From assembly GCF_036321535.1 (NCBI RefSeq), contig NC_087436.1, positions 80,726,001 to 80,790,000 on the forward strand: 64,000 bases of DNA. Direction: 5' to 3'. Of this stretch, positions 62,110 to 64,000 are shown piece by piece. The stretch comes from Camelus dromedarius. Its lineage: Eukaryota. Position 1 is the first letter of the stretch, and every line of letters starts with the position of its first letter. The translations under genes and the position numbers were made by a program. A model generated the notes under the pieces. That model did no database searches and was not told the origin of the DNA. It saw only the letters and a program-made list of their open reading frames with translations.

Positions 62110-64000
62110 GGTTACTCAAGCCAGTGATCTGAACATTGTCCTTCATTACTATTTACCCTCTAGTTTCAAGTAGTCACCATTGATTCTGTTTCCTAAATCT
62201 CTTTCAAAGTTATCCATTTCTAAGAATCTTCACTGCTACTTCCCAACTTTTGACCATCATTATTTTTTCTCCTACGTATTAACAATAACTTTCTTGCTGA
62301 TTTTTTTCTCTCCAGTATTTCTCTCTTCTACCCTTTCTTCCACATGACAGCTAGAGTAATTTTTTTAATGTAATACTTATGATTATAGCTTCACTTATCT
62401 CTGCTGAAACCCTTTAGGAGTCCAAAATCTTTTTCATGATTAAGGAAGCTTTTACCTGAATGGAGTCTACTTTTCTTTCCAATCTCATTTTTTGTCTTAG
62501 GCTTTTTGCTAGAGCATTTTCAGTTCCCTGCACAGAACATATTTTCTCCAGTCTCTGTCCATTTGCATCTTGTTCTTTATACTTGGAGAAGTCTCATCCC
62601 TCCCTTTCCCCTCACTTTTGATAACTCCTACTCATTTTTTATATTTTGGCATAATTTTTTTTATGAGGAAGAATTTCATCACCTTTTAAGTTAGGTAAAG
62701 GGCTCCTTAAATTGTTCCTTCCATCATAGTACAGTATACAGCTTGTTGCAACTGCTTATTTACTGGCTGTAAAACCGTTTATTCTAGGGCAGGGACTATC
62801 TGTACACAGGTCACAGCTGCATCAGTACTGTCTAACTCATAGTTAGCAGTAAATAAATACTGACACTTGGTGTACTGAATATCATTTTTATGAAGTAGTG
62901 GATCAAATGATACCTTATTTTCCTGGCCATCCTTATTAAAAGTTCAACCTTACTATTGTTCCATGCTTTATTTATTTAGAAGTATCCATATCTGATTTTA
63001 TACTTATAGACTTGTTTGTTTGTTTATTTATTGTCTCTCTCCTCCCTCTCTCTCCAAGTGTAAAGCCTACCATCGACTAAGCATAGATGAGAACTGAACA
63101 GTCTGCTTATGTTTTTATATGTCTAATGATCGAAGAAATTTTATGCAAGCTAACTTCTCGCTTACACGTTTCGAACCTTGGTGCCTTCCATGAGACATGC
63201 TCACATTACTGTACCACCTCTGGCCCTACACCTTTGTGTCATGATGCTAGGTGAGTTGGCACAGTGATGATGGGAGCATACCTGGAAGCCATCCCTGCAC
63301 TAGGGTAGCTAGTGATAACTCAACAGTACACAGGCATGACTGTGATGCTCATAATAGATCCTGCTACACCTAAGCAAAATCTGTCTCCAAATTTCTCTTC
63401 ACCCCACAAAGTGCCTGTGACCACTCTAGTACCACCTAATGTCCAGGGAAATTAGAATGGAAAGAGACAGTGGCCTTAACTAATTGTGTTTGTTTATTTG
63501 TTTTTTACTTTTGCAAGTGTTACAGGACATACAACCAGGTGAAAACATTGCTAGGGAACTTGATCTTGGAATGGTCTGTGCAAGTGAGGGTCCTTGAAGC
63601 TTAGCTTCATTTACTTCAAGACAGATACGCTGCTGAAGGCAGTGCTTCCCTAGTTGATGTGGGGATATGGCTGAATGTGGGGGCTCTAGCCAGACCTGAT
63701 AAAATCCACTAATTCCTCCCTTCCCTAAGGAACCCCTAAGATAATTCTGATCACAGATGAAAATGACTACCTTGTACCATCGTACTTTCCAGTGTCATTT
63801 CCTTGAATATATAGCTTAAGAACTAGACTTGCAGTAAGAAACATTAATCTTTCAAATATGGAGAGAAAGCACAGTCTCTCTCAGCAGAAAAGCTCTTTCA
63901 TATTGTTAAGACTGGTTTTTTGTTTGTTTGTTTGTTTTTCTTTTCTTTTTTTTCCCCCACTATCAGTTACAGTAACTACAGACCTTTTTAAGACTGGTCA

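Larger units (their letters stand above)
60720..62900 (+). mobile_element. Decayed LINE-2, split by the MLT1 LTR
   Basis: TTCCCTTTCTCAGTGAAGG before the LTR; GTTACTCAAGCCAG...CCACATGACAGCTAGAGT...TAGGGCAGGGACTATCTG after it. Confidence 0.65.

Noticed and set aside
63170..63645. Possible hAT MITE end (TGAAGCTTAGCTTCA palindrome near 63595-63609)
   Set aside because: I could not identify the partner TIR or a TSD, so no feature was called.
1..64000. Prokaryote-type systems (CRISPR arrays, operons, rRNA) or an intact host gene
   Set aside because: The sequence is mammalian repeat-rich DNA with no regularly spaced repeat-spacer array, no rRNA motifs and no recognisable coding exons other than the DPH3 retrocopy.

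Overview
AT-rich, CpG-depleted mammalian genomic DNA, most likely camelid. The taxon call rests on three tRNA-derived SINEs of the Vic-1 type and artiodactyl-style LINE-1 ends. I found no intact protein-coding gene; the window looks intergenic or intronic. It is dominated by retroelements (L1 of several ages, L2, CR1/L3, MIR, MaLR/ERVL LTRs), DNA-transposon fossils (Tigger, hAT MERs) and microsatellites. The only recognisable cellular-gene sequence is a frameshifted, intronless DPH3 processed pseudogene (CDS homology 21365-21615). The most informative structures are L1 integration signatures that can be read directly: a 36-nt 3' transduction with its own AATAAA and second tail (15716-17262), a twin-priming inversion with a 36-bp duplication (52592-53379), a tail-less insertion with TSDs (40830-42254), and a convergent ORF1/antisense-ORF2 junction (about 2790). 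A strong minus-strand bias of L1/LTR elements after about 36 kb, a CTCF-like motif and plus-strand splice signals hint at an unidentified plus-strand transcription unit. I did not find convincing evidence of a wholly new biological system. Repeat subfamily names come from recognition by eye, and most repeat boundaries are approximate.
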